DNA of 64,000 nucleotides from Candidatus Spongiisociaceae bacterium (GTDB lineage Bacteria > Actinomycetota > Acidimicrobiia > Spongiisociales > Spongiisociaceae). Numbering within the stretch: position 1 is the stretch's first letter; each line of letters opens with the position of its first letter. Below are positions 49,371 through 58,079 of this stretch, in pieces. The notes below the pieces were generated by a model that saw nothing but the letters and a program-made list of their open reading frames with translations, had not been told where the DNA came from and ran no database searches. The stretch is from NCBI GenBank assembly GCA_965262915.1, contig OZ253564.1, positions 4,544,001 through 4,608,000 on the forward strand, in the 5' to 3' direction. The translations under genes were made by a program, and so were the position numbers.

Positions 49371-50291
49371 GTGTCAGTCATGCTGAACCCCACAGCGGAG
49401 AAGGACCGGTGGGTGGAGATCCTCGCCAGGGAACTCAAGGGTATGGAGATCCAGCTCTGGCCCGACATCCACGACCCCGACCCGGTCGAGTTTGCCGTCT
49501 TCTGGCATCACGACCCCGAAGATCTGCGGCGCTACCCCCGGCTGCGGGCCATCCTGTCGGTGAGCGCAGGAGTGGAACAGTTCCTCGGCGCAGGCTACCC
49601 CGACGTACCGATAGTGCGGCTCTCCGACGTGGCCATGGCAGACGAGATGGCAGCCTACGCAGTGCACTGGGTGGTCCACTTCCATCGCCGGATGGACGCC
49701 TACCTGCATCTGCAGGCGACCCGCGAGTGGAAACCTACCCGCACCGTCGAAGCGCATGGCTTCCCGGTCGGCATCCTCGGATTCGGCGCCATGGGCCGCC
49801 GGGTGGGTAGAGCGCTCGCCGGGCTCGGATACCCGATCAACGCCTGGACGCGTACCGGTGGCCAGGACGCCGGTGTCCACCACTACCGGGGGACCGACGG
49901 CCTCGACCGGATGCTGCGCTCCTCCGATGCCGTGATCAACGTTCTCCCCCTCACCCCCGCAACGGAAGGACTCATGGACGGAAAGCGGTTTGCGTGCTTC
50001 CGGAAGGGGTCGCTCTACATAGCGATGGGCCGAGGCCGTACCACGGTCGAAGCCGACCTGCTCGCGGCGCTAGACCACGGTCCGCTCGACGCCGCGGTCC
50101 TCGACGTTACCGGGTCGGAGCCTCTCCCCGGCGACTCCCCCTTGTGGGACCACCCCCGGGTGCGTATCACTCCCCATGCAAGCGGTTTCACCAGGTCCGT
50201 CACCGCCGCGCCACTGGTGGCTGCCAACATCCGGCGGATACAGCGGGGTGAGCAACCCTTCCCCCTCTACGATCCCCGCCGAGGTTACTGA
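49371..50291 (+). CDS. ghrA: Glyoxylate/hydroxypyruvate reductase A-like D-2-hydroxyacid dehydrogenase (start uncertain)
   Basis: SAGVE, GILGFGAMG, LPLTPAT, GRG, LDV...EPLP, ITPH. Confidence 0.85.
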   Translation: MSVMLNPTAEKDRWVEILARELKGMEIQLWPDIHDPDPVEFAVFWHHDPEDLRRYPRLRAILSVSAGVEQFLGAGYPDVPIVRLSDVAMADEMAAYAVHWVVHFHRRMDAYLHLQATREWKPTRTVEAHGFPVGILGFGAMGRRVGRALAGLGYPINAWTRTGGQDAGVHHYRGTDGLDRMLRSSDAVINVLPLTPATEGLMDGKRFACFRKGSLYIAMGRGRTTVEADLLAALDHGPLDAAVLDVTGSEPLPGDSPLWDHPRVRITPHASGFTRSVTAAPLVAANIRRIQRGEQPFPLYDPRRGY

Positions 50292-50532
50292 GAGGGTACG
50301 CGGATAGGCGGACCGTAACCGCCCCTGTCAATAGACCTCCCCGGCTCCAGCTCGAAGAACCCCTGGCCATCGCTGTGTACTCGTCAACGGTCGTACTCGG
50401 TTTTCCCCCCAGGTGAGCTCCTATCCGCGCACCCTCTGAGGACGACCCGACTCCGCCGAGGCCTCGCCGGGCCAGGGACGGGCCCCCGCCCCCGGATCGG
50501 AGGAATCGCACTTACTCGCTACTGTCGGGGCC

Positions 50533-51318
50533 ATGGATCTGGCCGATCGGGTGTGCGTGGTAACCGGAGGCGTCGGCGGCATCGGCGCTGCGCTGGCCCG
50601 CCGTTTCGTGGTGGAGGGCGCGGCCGTCGTGGTGGTCACCGACCTGGACGAGGAGCGCACCGCCGCAGTCGCCGCACAGAGCGGCTGTGTCGGGATACGG
50701 TGCGATGTCACCGACGAGGGATCCGTCCGATCCCTCGTGGAGCGGGTCGTCGCCGACCACGGGCGTATCGACTTGTTCGCGTCCAACGCCGGGGCGTCGG
50801 TGGACGGGGGCATCGACGTGGCGGACGGGGACTGGCAGAAGCTGTGGGACCTGCACGTCATGGCGCACGTCTACGCGGCCCGGGCGGTCATCGGACCGAT
50901 GACGGGGGCGGGGGGCGGTTACCTGCTCCAGACCGTCTCGGCCGCCGGGCTGCTGGCCTCCCTCACCAGCCTTCCGTACACGGTCACCAAGGCCGCTTCC
51001 CTGGCCTTGGCGGAGTGGATCGCCATCACCTACCGGCGGGCCAACATTCGCGTGTCGGCAGTTTGCCCGTTGGTGGTGGACACGCCTCTGGCCGCCCGCT
51101 TCCGCCTGGACACCGGACCCGGCCCGGCTATGAGTCCCGACGAGGTGGCCGGCGTCGTGGTGGAGGGTATCCGTAAGGAGCGGTTCCTCATCCTCCCCCA
51201 CCCGGAGGTGGCCGAGTACGTGGACCGCAAGGCCTCGGATCGGGACCGCTGGCTGGCGGGGATGTCCCGGCTGTTCGAGCGGGCCGGCACCGAATCGGGC
51301 CAGGACATCCGGCATTGA
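50533..51318 (+). CDS. Short-chain dehydrogenase/reductase
   Basis: TGGVGGIG, SNAG, S...YTVTK. Confidence 0.92.
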   Translation: MDLADRVCVVTGGVGGIGAALARRFVVEGAAVVVVTDLDEERTAAVAAQSGCVGIRCDVTDEGSVRSLVERVVADHGRIDLFASNAGASVDGGIDVADGDWQKLWDLHVMAHVYAARAVIGPMTGAGGGYLLQTVSAAGLLASLTSLPYTVTKAASLALAEWIAITYRRANIRVSAVCPLVVDTPLAARFRLDTGPGPAMSPDEVAGVVVEGIRKERFLILPHPEVAEYVDRKASDRDRWLAGMSRLFERAGTESGQDIRH

Positions 51319-52136
51319 GCCCCGCCGCTATCGACCTACGCGGCGTGACGGTCATGAAGGCCGGCAGCGAACTGATCTCCCGAGTCGACTGGCAGGTCGA
51401 TGCGGGCGAACGCTGGGTGCTCTTCGGCCCTAACGGAGCGGGCAAGACCACGCTGCTGCAGGTCGTCTCCACCTACCAGTTCCCCGTGAGGGGCACCGCC
51501 ACCATCCTCGGCGAGCGGATGGGGAGGACCGACGTGCGCAACCTCCGTCCCCGTATCGGGTACGTGGGCCCCGCGCCGGCCTCCCTGGTGCGACGCTACC
51601 TCCCGTGCAGGGACATAGTGGTGACCGGGCGCCATGCCGCCTTCGTCGACACGAGATGGCATCACTACACGGACACCGACTGGGAGTTCGCCGATCGCCA
51701 GATGGAATTGATGGGCGTGGCCGAGATGGCCGATCGCGAGTTCGCCACCCTGTCGGACGGGGAGAAGAAGCGGGTGCTGATCGCCCGGGCCCTGATGGCC
51801 CGGCCCGACCTGCTGCTACTCGACGAGCCGGGTACCGGCCTGGACCTCGGCGCCCGGGAACGCCTGATCGCTTCCCTCTCCGGTATGGCCGGGCTCGATG
51901 GAGGCCTCACCGTGATCCTGGTCACCCACCATGTCGAGGAGATACCGCCGGGATTCGACCGGATGTTGATACTGGCGGAAGGACGGGTGATCGCCGCCGG
52001 AGCCATCCGGGAAGCCATGACGAGCGAGGCCCTGAGCGCCATCTACGGAATGCCGCTCGTCGTGGATTCGATCAACGGACGCTTCCGGGCAACCGGCCTG
52101 CACGTACCGGGTCGGCAACCGCGTCCTGATTGGTAA
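51315..52136 (+). CDS. ABC transporter ATP-binding protein (YlmA/ModF-like)
   Basis: GPNGAGKT, LSDGE, LLLDEP, VTHHVEEIP. Confidence 0.9.
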   Translation: MSPAAIDLRGVTVMKAGSELISRVDWQVDAGERWVLFGPNGAGKTTLLQVVSTYQFPVRGTATILGERMGRTDVRNLRPRIGYVGPAPASLVRRYLPCRDIVVTGRHAAFVDTRWHHYTDTDWEFADRQMELMGVAEMADREFATLSDGEKKRVLIARALMARPDLLLLDEPGTGLDLGARERLIASLSGMAGLDGGLTVILVTHHVEEIPPGFDRMLILAEGRVIAAGAIREAMTSEALSAIYGMPLVVDSINGRFRATGLHVPGRQPRPDW

Positions 52137-52280
52137 CGGAGGGTTCACCCGGCCTTAATGCAGGGGCGGTACGGAGGCAAGGTCGAACCCGTATGGTGTC
52201 ACCAACGCTCCGGGACTTCGGCGAGCCAGGACACACCGGGTGTCCCGTGCGACGCTCGCCGGGGCTCGGGGCCACCCTTC
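52137..52280 (+). other. Unclassified structured intergenic element (candidate ncRNA or repeat)
   Basis: Several long imperfect stems whose mismatches are G-U pairs on the + strand. Confidence 0.4.
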
Positions 52281-52297
52281 GCCCGGCCCGGCCCGGA

Positions 52298-52534
52298 TCA
52301 GACCTTTATCCCCCGGCGGCGCATGTCGGCGATCACCGCCTCGATGCCCTTCCTGTCGATGGTCTTGATCCCCTTGGTGCTCACGGTCAGGGTCACGTAC
52401 CGGCGTTGCGACGGGATCCAGTAACGCTTCTTCTGGATGTTGGGAGTCCAGCGACGGTTGGAACGCTTGTGCGAGAACGAGACTTTCTTCCCGAACGACG
52501 GCTTCTTCCCCGTCACCATACAGATGTTGGACAT
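52298..52534 (-). CDS. rpmB: 50S ribosomal protein L28
   Basis: [22 protein letters not shown]...RRWTPNIQ...[10 protein letters not shown]. Confidence 0.97.
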   Translation of the reverse strand: MSNICMVTGKKPSFGKKVSFSHKRSNRRWTPNIQKKRYWIPSQRRYVTLTVSTKGIKTIDRKGIEAVIADMRRRGIKV

Positions 52535-52570
52535 AGGCAACCCCAGAGGTTGGCAAGGACTTTACGCGGA

Positions 52571-52636
52571 TGTATCACTCTACAGGATCCGGTGTATCAC
52601 TCTACAGGATCCGGTGTGTCACTCTACAGGATCCGG
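52571..52636. repeat. Three tandem 22-bp direct repeats TGT(A/G)TCACTCTACAGGATCCGG upstream of rpmB
   Basis: Units at 52571, 52593 and 52615; one substitution in the third copy. Confidence 0.95.
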
Positions 52637-52934
52637 CACGGAGCACGAAAACCGCACCGGCAGCGCTCGATGCTCTGACCTTTCGCCTACCCGGATCCTG
52701 GCAAGGTGTGCCACCTTCCACCACCTTCGCCGGCTCGGCAACGAGACATCATCACCGCCCGGGCCGATCCGCACGGTGCGGATCGCGGGGTTTCGATAGC
52801 TCCCCGCTGCAGGACCGGCCGCCAGTCGAATCCTCCGCAGTCCCCGAGTGAAAACATATCCGATGGACAGCCCCGACTTCGGGCAGTCTGCTAGTTTCGT
52901 CGCAGCGTAGGACGACCTTAGGAGACCCGCAACG

Positions 52935-54323
52935 ATGCAACTCGCGCAACGTAGGCGCGCTATCTCCAGGACCGGAATCCTGGCGGTGGCTCTTCTCACC
53001 CTCGGATTGCTCCTCTTCCGACCTCTGGCCGCCAGAGCCGCCGACATGGTCGCAGGCGAAACGCAGTTCATTCTCAACACCTTCGCTTTCCTCATCTGGG
53101 GTGCGTTGGTCATGTGGATGGCCGCCGGATTCACGATGCTGGAGTCAGGCGCGGTTCGCACCAAGAACGCGTCGATGATCTGCCTCAAGAACATCGGTGT
53201 CTACTCCATCGCCGGACTCGCCTACTTCGTTGTCGGATACAACCTCATGTACATCGATGTCGGAAGCGTGATCGGTTCCTTCCAGTTCCTCTACGGAAGC
53301 TCGGCCAGTGAGATCGCCCTGCTCGGCGGGCAGGCGGGCGCAGCGCCCGAGGTGGTCGCTAACGGCTATTCGGTCATGTCGGACTGGTTCTTCCAGATGG
53401 TCTTTGTGGCGACTACCGCCTCGATCGTCTCCGGTGCCATAGCCGAACGCGTCAGGCTGTGGCCGTTCTTACTGTTCACCCTGATCCTGACCGCTTTCAT
53501 CTACCCCATCGTGGGAGCGTGGACGTGGGGCGGCGGCTGGCTCTACGAAATGGGATTCCAGGACTTCGCCGGTTCGACCATCGTGCACAGCACGGGCGGA
53601 TGGGCGGCCCTGGCGGGACTGACCGTGATCGGACCCAGGCTCGGCAAGTTCCGCAAGGACGGGACCGTCAAACCGACTCCCCCCTCCAACGTCCTGATCG
53701 TGACGCTGGGTGTCTTCATCCTCTGGCTGGGCTGGTTCGGGTTCAACGGCGGATCCCAACTCGCCTTGGGAAGCGCCCTCGACGCGGTGGCGATGAGCAA
53801 CATCCTCGTGAACACCAACCTCGCCGCAGCCGCCGGCGTGATAGCCGCCCTCGCCATGTCACGGTCGATCCTGGGACGCATGGATCTCTTTGCCGGCTTG
53901 AACGGCGCCATCGCCGGACTGGTCGCCATAACCGCAGGCCCCGACATCGTCGACCACTGGTGGGCGATCATCATCGGAACGATCGGCGGTATTCTCTGTA
54001 CAGCCGGGATCAAGCTGTTGGAGAAGCTCAAGATCGACGACGTAGTGGGTGCGGTCCCCGCCCACCTGATATGCGGCATCTGGGGGACCCTGGCAGCGAG
54101 CATCGCCGCGGGCGCCAACTTTGGCGTCCAACTACTCGGCGTGGTGTCGGTGGCGGCCTTCGTGTTCACCGTGTCGTACATCGTGTGGCGGCTGATCTCC
54201 ATGACCGTCGGCCTTCGGGTCTCGGCCAAGGCCGAGCGCATGGGCCAGGACTCGGCCGAACTCGGTATCGAGGCCTACCCCGAGTTCGTGCTTATGCCCG
54301 AACAGTTCGGCGAAGAGGACTGA
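52935..54323 (+). CDS. amtB: Ammonium transporter
   Basis: GFTMLESG, FFQMVF, DFAGSTIVH, WFGFNGGS, DDVVGAVPAH (twin His). Confidence 0.96.
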   Translation: MQLAQRRRAISRTGILAVALLTLGLLLFRPLAARAADMVAGETQFILNTFAFLIWGALVMWMAAGFTMLESGAVRTKNASMICLKNIGVYSIAGLAYFVVGYNLMYIDVGSVIGSFQFLYGSSASEIALLGGQAGAAPEVVANGYSVMSDWFFQMVFVATTASIVSGAIAERVRLWPFLLFTLILTAFIYPIVGAWTWGGGWLYEMGFQDFAGSTIVHSTGGWAALAGLTVIGPRLGKFRKDGTVKPTPPSNVLIVTLGVFILWLGWFGFNGGSQLALGSALDAVAMSNILVNTNLAAAAGVIAALAMSRSILGRMDLFAGLNGAIAGLVAITAGPDIVDHWWAIIIGTIGGILCTAGIKLLEKLKIDDVVGAVPAHLICGIWGTLAASIAAGANFGVQLLGVVSVAAFVFTVSYIVWRLISMTVGLRVSAKAERMGQDSAELGIEAYPEFVLMPEQFGEED

Positions 54324-54347
54324 ACGCGGGAACTCGACGGACCACCG

Positions 54348-54736
54348 TTACATCAACTCGATAGGACACCTAGTGCCCGGTGCTCGAGCGAGTCTCGCAT
54401 CTGTTGTCAACAGACCGCAGCCGAGTGACTCGGCGAGGCCGATGTAGCACGCGTCGTAGGGCGTGACATTGTTGCGCAGCTCCCAAATGCGCCTCAGGGT
54501 CGGAGCAGTCGGATACACGATCAAAGGAAGCGCGAGAAGGTTCGCTACCGCGTCTTCGGCTTGCCGAGCGCTTGTAGCCCCCCTGCTCAGGTGCTTGCGG
54601 AGGACGGACAGAACCTCGACGCGTAGAGGTCGGGAGCAGCGAGCCTCTCTCCTCGCAACCGGCTCCGGTATCGGACACCGTCCCGCCCTCCGTCAGCGAC
54701 CACTGGAGCGATGACCGACGCGTCAACGACCAGCAC
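54348..54736 (-). pseudogene. vapC: VapC (PIN) toxin with a 1-bp deletion frameshift near 54626
   Basis: VLVVDASV...LAAPDL, then in a shifted frame RVEVLSVLRK...IWELRNNVTPYDACYIGLAE...LLTTDARL; span is 389 nt. Confidence 0.88.
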
Positions 54737-54953
54737 GTTCGGATCCGAGCAGCCCTACGGAGTCCTGACCGGACAGGCGTCCCTTGTCTTGGCGCTCGAT
54801 CCGATCGAGTACTTCATTGAGTGTTGGCGTGTCGGCGATCAAAGCGAACTGGGCAAGGAGAAACTGCTGGAGTGACTGGCCCGCCTGCTGGGCTCGGTCG
54901 ACCAGCTTTGCATGAACTGCCCCTGGAACATTACGTACTTGGACATGCGGCAT
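54723..54953 (-). CDS. FitA/VapB-like ribbon-helix-helix antitoxin
   Basis: VQVRNVP...AQQAGQSLQQFL; overlaps the vapC start. Confidence 0.85.
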   Translation of the reverse strand: MPHVQVRNVPGAVHAKLVDRAQQAGQSLQQFLLAQFALIADTPTLNEVLDRIERQDKGRLSGQDSVGLLGSERAGR

Positions 54954-55103
54954 ACATGCACCCGTGGAACGTATCGAATCAGGGAGGCACCGCGGAGTCC
55001 AAAGAGTCTGAGCCCCCCTCGGGCCTTGATATCGCGGCAGTGCTCTGTGGGCTGCGCCCTTTGCAAGAAGAAGAAGAACACGAAACGCCGCCGGAAGGAC
55101 CGT

Positions 55104-56081
55104 CTACGGAATCAGAACCACCTTGCCGGTTACCTTGCGGGCGGCGATCGTCGAGAGGGCTTCGACGGCCGATTCCAGGGGGAAGCGGGCGGAGATGCGG
55201 GGTTCAATGGTCCCATCGGCGGTCCAGTCCAGGAGCCGGGTGAAGTTGGCGCGGTTGCCCTCCGGGCTGCGGTCGGCGAAGTCGCCCCAGAACACTCCCA
55301 CGATCGAGCAGCCCTTGAGGAGGGGGAGGTTCATCGGGGCCTTGGGGATCCGTCCCGAGGTGAAACCGACCACCAGGATGCGGCCCTCCCAGTTGATGCA
55401 GCGCAGGCATTCGAGGAAGGTGTCGCCGCCCACCGGGTCGTAGATGACGTCGGCCCCCACCCCGCCGGTGAGCTCCTTGGTCCGCTCCTTGAGGGACTCG
55501 ACCGTGTAGTTGATGGTCTCGTCGGCGCCGAGGTCGGTCGCCACCTCGGCCTTGGCCTCCGAACTGACCGCGGCGATGACCCGTGCGCCAAGAGCCTTGC
55601 CTATCTGGATACCCGCCGAACCCACGCCTCCCGAAGCGCCGGTGATCAGGAGGTTCTCGCCCGGTGCCAGGCGGGCCCGGTCGACCAGGGCGTGGTAGCC
55701 GGTGCCGTAGGTCAGGGCGATGCACGCGCCCTGCTCCATCGTGACCTCATCCGGGAGGGCAAAGACCTTCCCGGCCGGGACCGCGAACTGCTCGGCCATG
55801 GCTCCACTGAGCAGGTTGAAACCGAGTACCCGGTCACCCACGGTCACATGGCCGACCTCCTCGCCCACCGCCAGCACCCGGCCGGCCGCCTCGGCGCCGG
55901 GAACGAAGGGCAACTGGGGCCGGTGCTGGTAGAGGCCCCCGATCATCAGGATGTCGGGAAAGTTCAGACCGACCGCTTCCACCCCGATCAACACTTCGCC
56001 CGGTCCCGGTACGGGAGGGTCTGTATCCTCGTAACGCAGTCCCTCGAACGGTCCGAACTCGTAGACCATGTGGGCCTTCAT
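55104..56081 (-). CDS. NADPH:quinone oxidoreductase (zeta-crystallin/MDR family)
   Basis: GLNFPD, PFVPGAE, GASGGVG, YDPVGG, GKVVL. Confidence 0.93.
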   Translation of the reverse strand: MKAHMVYEFGPFEGLRYEDTDPPVPGPGEVLIGVEAVGLNFPDILMIGGLYQHRPQLPFVPGAEAAGRVLAVGEEVGHVTVGDRVLGFNLLSGAMAEQFAVPAGKVFALPDEVTMEQGACIALTYGTGYHALVDRARLAPGENLLITGASGGVGSAGIQIGKALGARVIAAVSSEAKAEVATDLGADETINYTVESLKERTKELTGGVGADVIYDPVGGDTFLECLRCINWEGRILVVGFTSGRIPKAPMNLPLLKGCSIVGVFWGDFADRSPEGNRANFTRLLDWTADGTIEPRISARFPLESAVEALSTIAARKVTGKVVLIP

Positions 56082-56120
56082 GTCTTCTCCTCCGTCGTCG
56101 CCGGTACCTGCTTCCGCCGC

Positions 56121-57272
56121 TCAGTACAGGAACATCGGCTTCCCGGCCAGAGCCCGGATCCGGGGTCGGTAGTTCTCGGCATCGTAGAAGGCGTCCACGT
56201 CCACCCTTCGCGCCCCTTCGGCCAGCACGGAGAGGTGTCGGGTGGTGTATACGCCTCCCTGCAGAGCGACCATGTGCCCGCTGACCCCGGAGAGGACCAT
56301 CTCGGCCGCCATGGTTCCGAAGTTGAATCCGACCATCAGATCGAGGACATCCGGGGGCCCGCTTCGCATCAGGTAGGCCACCCGCTGGTTCATGATGCCG
56401 ATCCCGGTCATCCTCTTGATCAGGCTTCCGGTGATCTCGCCGATACCGCCCAGCTTGCGGTGGCCGTACGCATCGGCCTCACCCCCCTCGATGCGGTCGC
56501 CCCCGATGAGGGAAGCCCCTTCGGAGACCACGACGACCGCGTAACGGCTGGGATTGGCCCGGCGGTCGGCCGTCACCATCGCAACCAGGCGTTCGATGTC
56601 GAACGGGACCTCCGCGATGAGGGTACGGTCCGCCGACGCCAGGTATCCGGCCGCCAGGCTGGTCGCTCCCGAGTAGCGCCCGAACAGCTCCACCACGGCC
56701 ACTCGTTCGTGGCTGCCCACCGCGCTGCGGAGATTGTTGACGAACCCCACCGAGCGGGTGACCGCAGTCGAGAATCCGACGCAGTAGTCGGTTCCTGGAA
56801 CATCGTTGTCCATGGTCTTGGGTATGGCCACCACCGGTACGCCTTCGTCGTGCATCCGCAGGGCATAGGAAAGGGTGTCGTCACCGCCTATCGCCACGAG
56901 GGCATCGAGACCGAGATGCTCGATCACGCGCAGCGCGTGGGCGGTCAGGTCGTAGGGAGGCCCGGACTCCGGAGGGGCGAGGAAGGGAGGTACGGCCCGT
57001 TCTGCCACGCGTCCGGGATTGGTACGGCTGCTGTGGAGGATCGTCCCGCCGGTCCGGTCGATGGTCCGGACCGCCAGGCGGTCGAGATCCATGGTGTGAG
57101 CGGCCACCGTACCGTCGTCCTCGGGATCGATGTTGAGGACCGCACCCCATCCGCGACGCAGTCCCAGAACGGAATGCCCGGCCTCCCCCACTCGGTTCAC
57201 GAAAGCCTTGATGACCGGATTGAGCCCCGGAACGTCGCCTCCTCCGGTCAGGATCCCTATACGCACCTGCAT
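56121..57272 (-). CDS. pfkA: 6-phosphofructokinase (PfkA family, group III/PPi-type signature)
   Basis: TGGGDVPGLN, GGTILHSSR, GGDDT, PKTMDND, ELFGR. Confidence 0.92.
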   Translation of the reverse strand: MQVRIGILTGGGDVPGLNPVIKAFVNRVGEAGHSVLGLRRGWGAVLNIDPEDDGTVAAHTMDLDRLAVRTIDRTGGTILHSSRTNPGRVAERAVPPFLAPPESGPPYDLTAHALRVIEHLGLDALVAIGGDDTLSYALRMHDEGVPVVAIPKTMDNDVPGTDYCVGFSTAVTRSVGFVNNLRSAVGSHERVAVVELFGRYSGATSLAAGYLASADRTLIAEVPFDIERLVAMVTADRRANPSRYAVVVVSEGASLIGGDRIEGGEADAYGHRKLGGIGEITGSLIKRMTGIGIMNQRVAYLMRSGPPDVLDLMVGFNFGTMAAEMVLSGVSGHMVALQGGVYTTRHLSVLAEGARRVDVDAFYDAENYRPRIRALAGKPMFLY

Positions 57273-57405
57273 GCCTCCATACATCGGTGTCCGGTCGGCG
57301 ATGGTCCCGGCAACAGCGGAACCCGCCGACCCGCCACATCTGATCGTCCTGATCGGAACGCTACCCGATGGGAACGCAGGTCCGGCACCTGGCTACGCTG
57401 TCCCG

Positions 57406-57813
57406 GTGAAGCTCCTCAACCTCGACCATGTGGCTATCGCCGTCCACGACCTCGACCGGGCCGTCGAGGACTACCGCCGCCGGTACCGGGTGTCGCCGAT
57501 GTACCGGGAGGTGGTCGAGGAACAGGGAGTCGAGGAGGCCATGCTCCCTGTCGGCGGGTCCTTCGTCCAACTGCTGGCCGCGCTCCACCCCGACACTCCG
57601 GTGGGCAGGTTCCTCCGCCGGCGGGGCGAGGGGCTCCATCACGTCGCCTACGCAGTTGTGGACATAGAGGCGGCCCTCGCCCACCTGGCGTCGGAGGGCG
57701 CCCGCCTCGTGGACGAGACGCCCCGATCCGGCGGGCGGGGCACCCGGATCGCCTTCGTACATCCGAAAGGTGGAAACCAAACTCTCGTCGAACTGGTCGA
57801 ATACTCGTCATGA
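57406..57813 (+). CDS. mce: Methylmalonyl-CoA epimerase
   Basis: LDHVAIAV, EQGVEEA, GEGLHHVAY, AFVHPK, LVELVE. Confidence 0.92.
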   Translation: MKLLNLDHVAIAVHDLDRAVEDYRRRYRVSPMYREVVEEQGVEEAMLPVGGSFVQLLAALHPDTPVGRFLRRRGEGLHHVAYAVVDIEAALAHLASEGARLVDETPRSGGRGTRIAFVHPKGGNQTLVELVEYSS

Positions 57814-58079
57814 ACAATGGGCAGACCGGCAATTCCGGAATTCGGTTTCACATAGCCGGCGGCGCCGGACCCTACCAGGCAGCGGCGGTCGCGGCCGTGG
57901 TCGAGCATACGCTCGCGGAGGAGAGGCGGGTCGCGTCCCCACCTCCGCGGCGTTTCTCCAACTGGATGATGGTGGCTCGCAGCGAACCGTTCGTCCCACC
58001 CCGGACCATCTCCAACGGGTCCCTCAACGGCGCCCTACCATGGAGCGTACCTCGGGTGAACCGGCCAGCCAGGTTGTAG
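57810..58079 (+). CDS. Small protein resembling acyl-CoA carboxylase epsilon subunit
   Basis: ATGA overlap with mce; IAGGAGPYQAAAVAAVV...SNW pattern. Confidence 0.5.
   Translation: MNNGQTGNSGIRFHIAGGAGPYQAAAVAAVVEHTLAEERRVASPPPRRFSNWMMVARSEPFVPPRTISNGSLNGALPWSVPRVNRPARL

Noticed and set aside
52137-52297. 6S RNA, SRP RNA or SAH riboswitch
   Set aside because: Lacks the 6S rod-and-bubble layout, the SRP helix-8 motif and the SAH pseudoknot partner; kept only as an unclassified element
52571-52636. CRISPR array or plasmid iterons
   Set aside because: Units are contiguous with no spacers; no cas or rep gene nearby
54912-58079. 1055-aa ORF and other long antisense ORFs (978-3092, 34588-36471, 45372-46835, 61288-62736)
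   Set aside because: Shadow frames of well-supported genes in GC-rich DNA; only the 57810-58079 tail looks like a real gene
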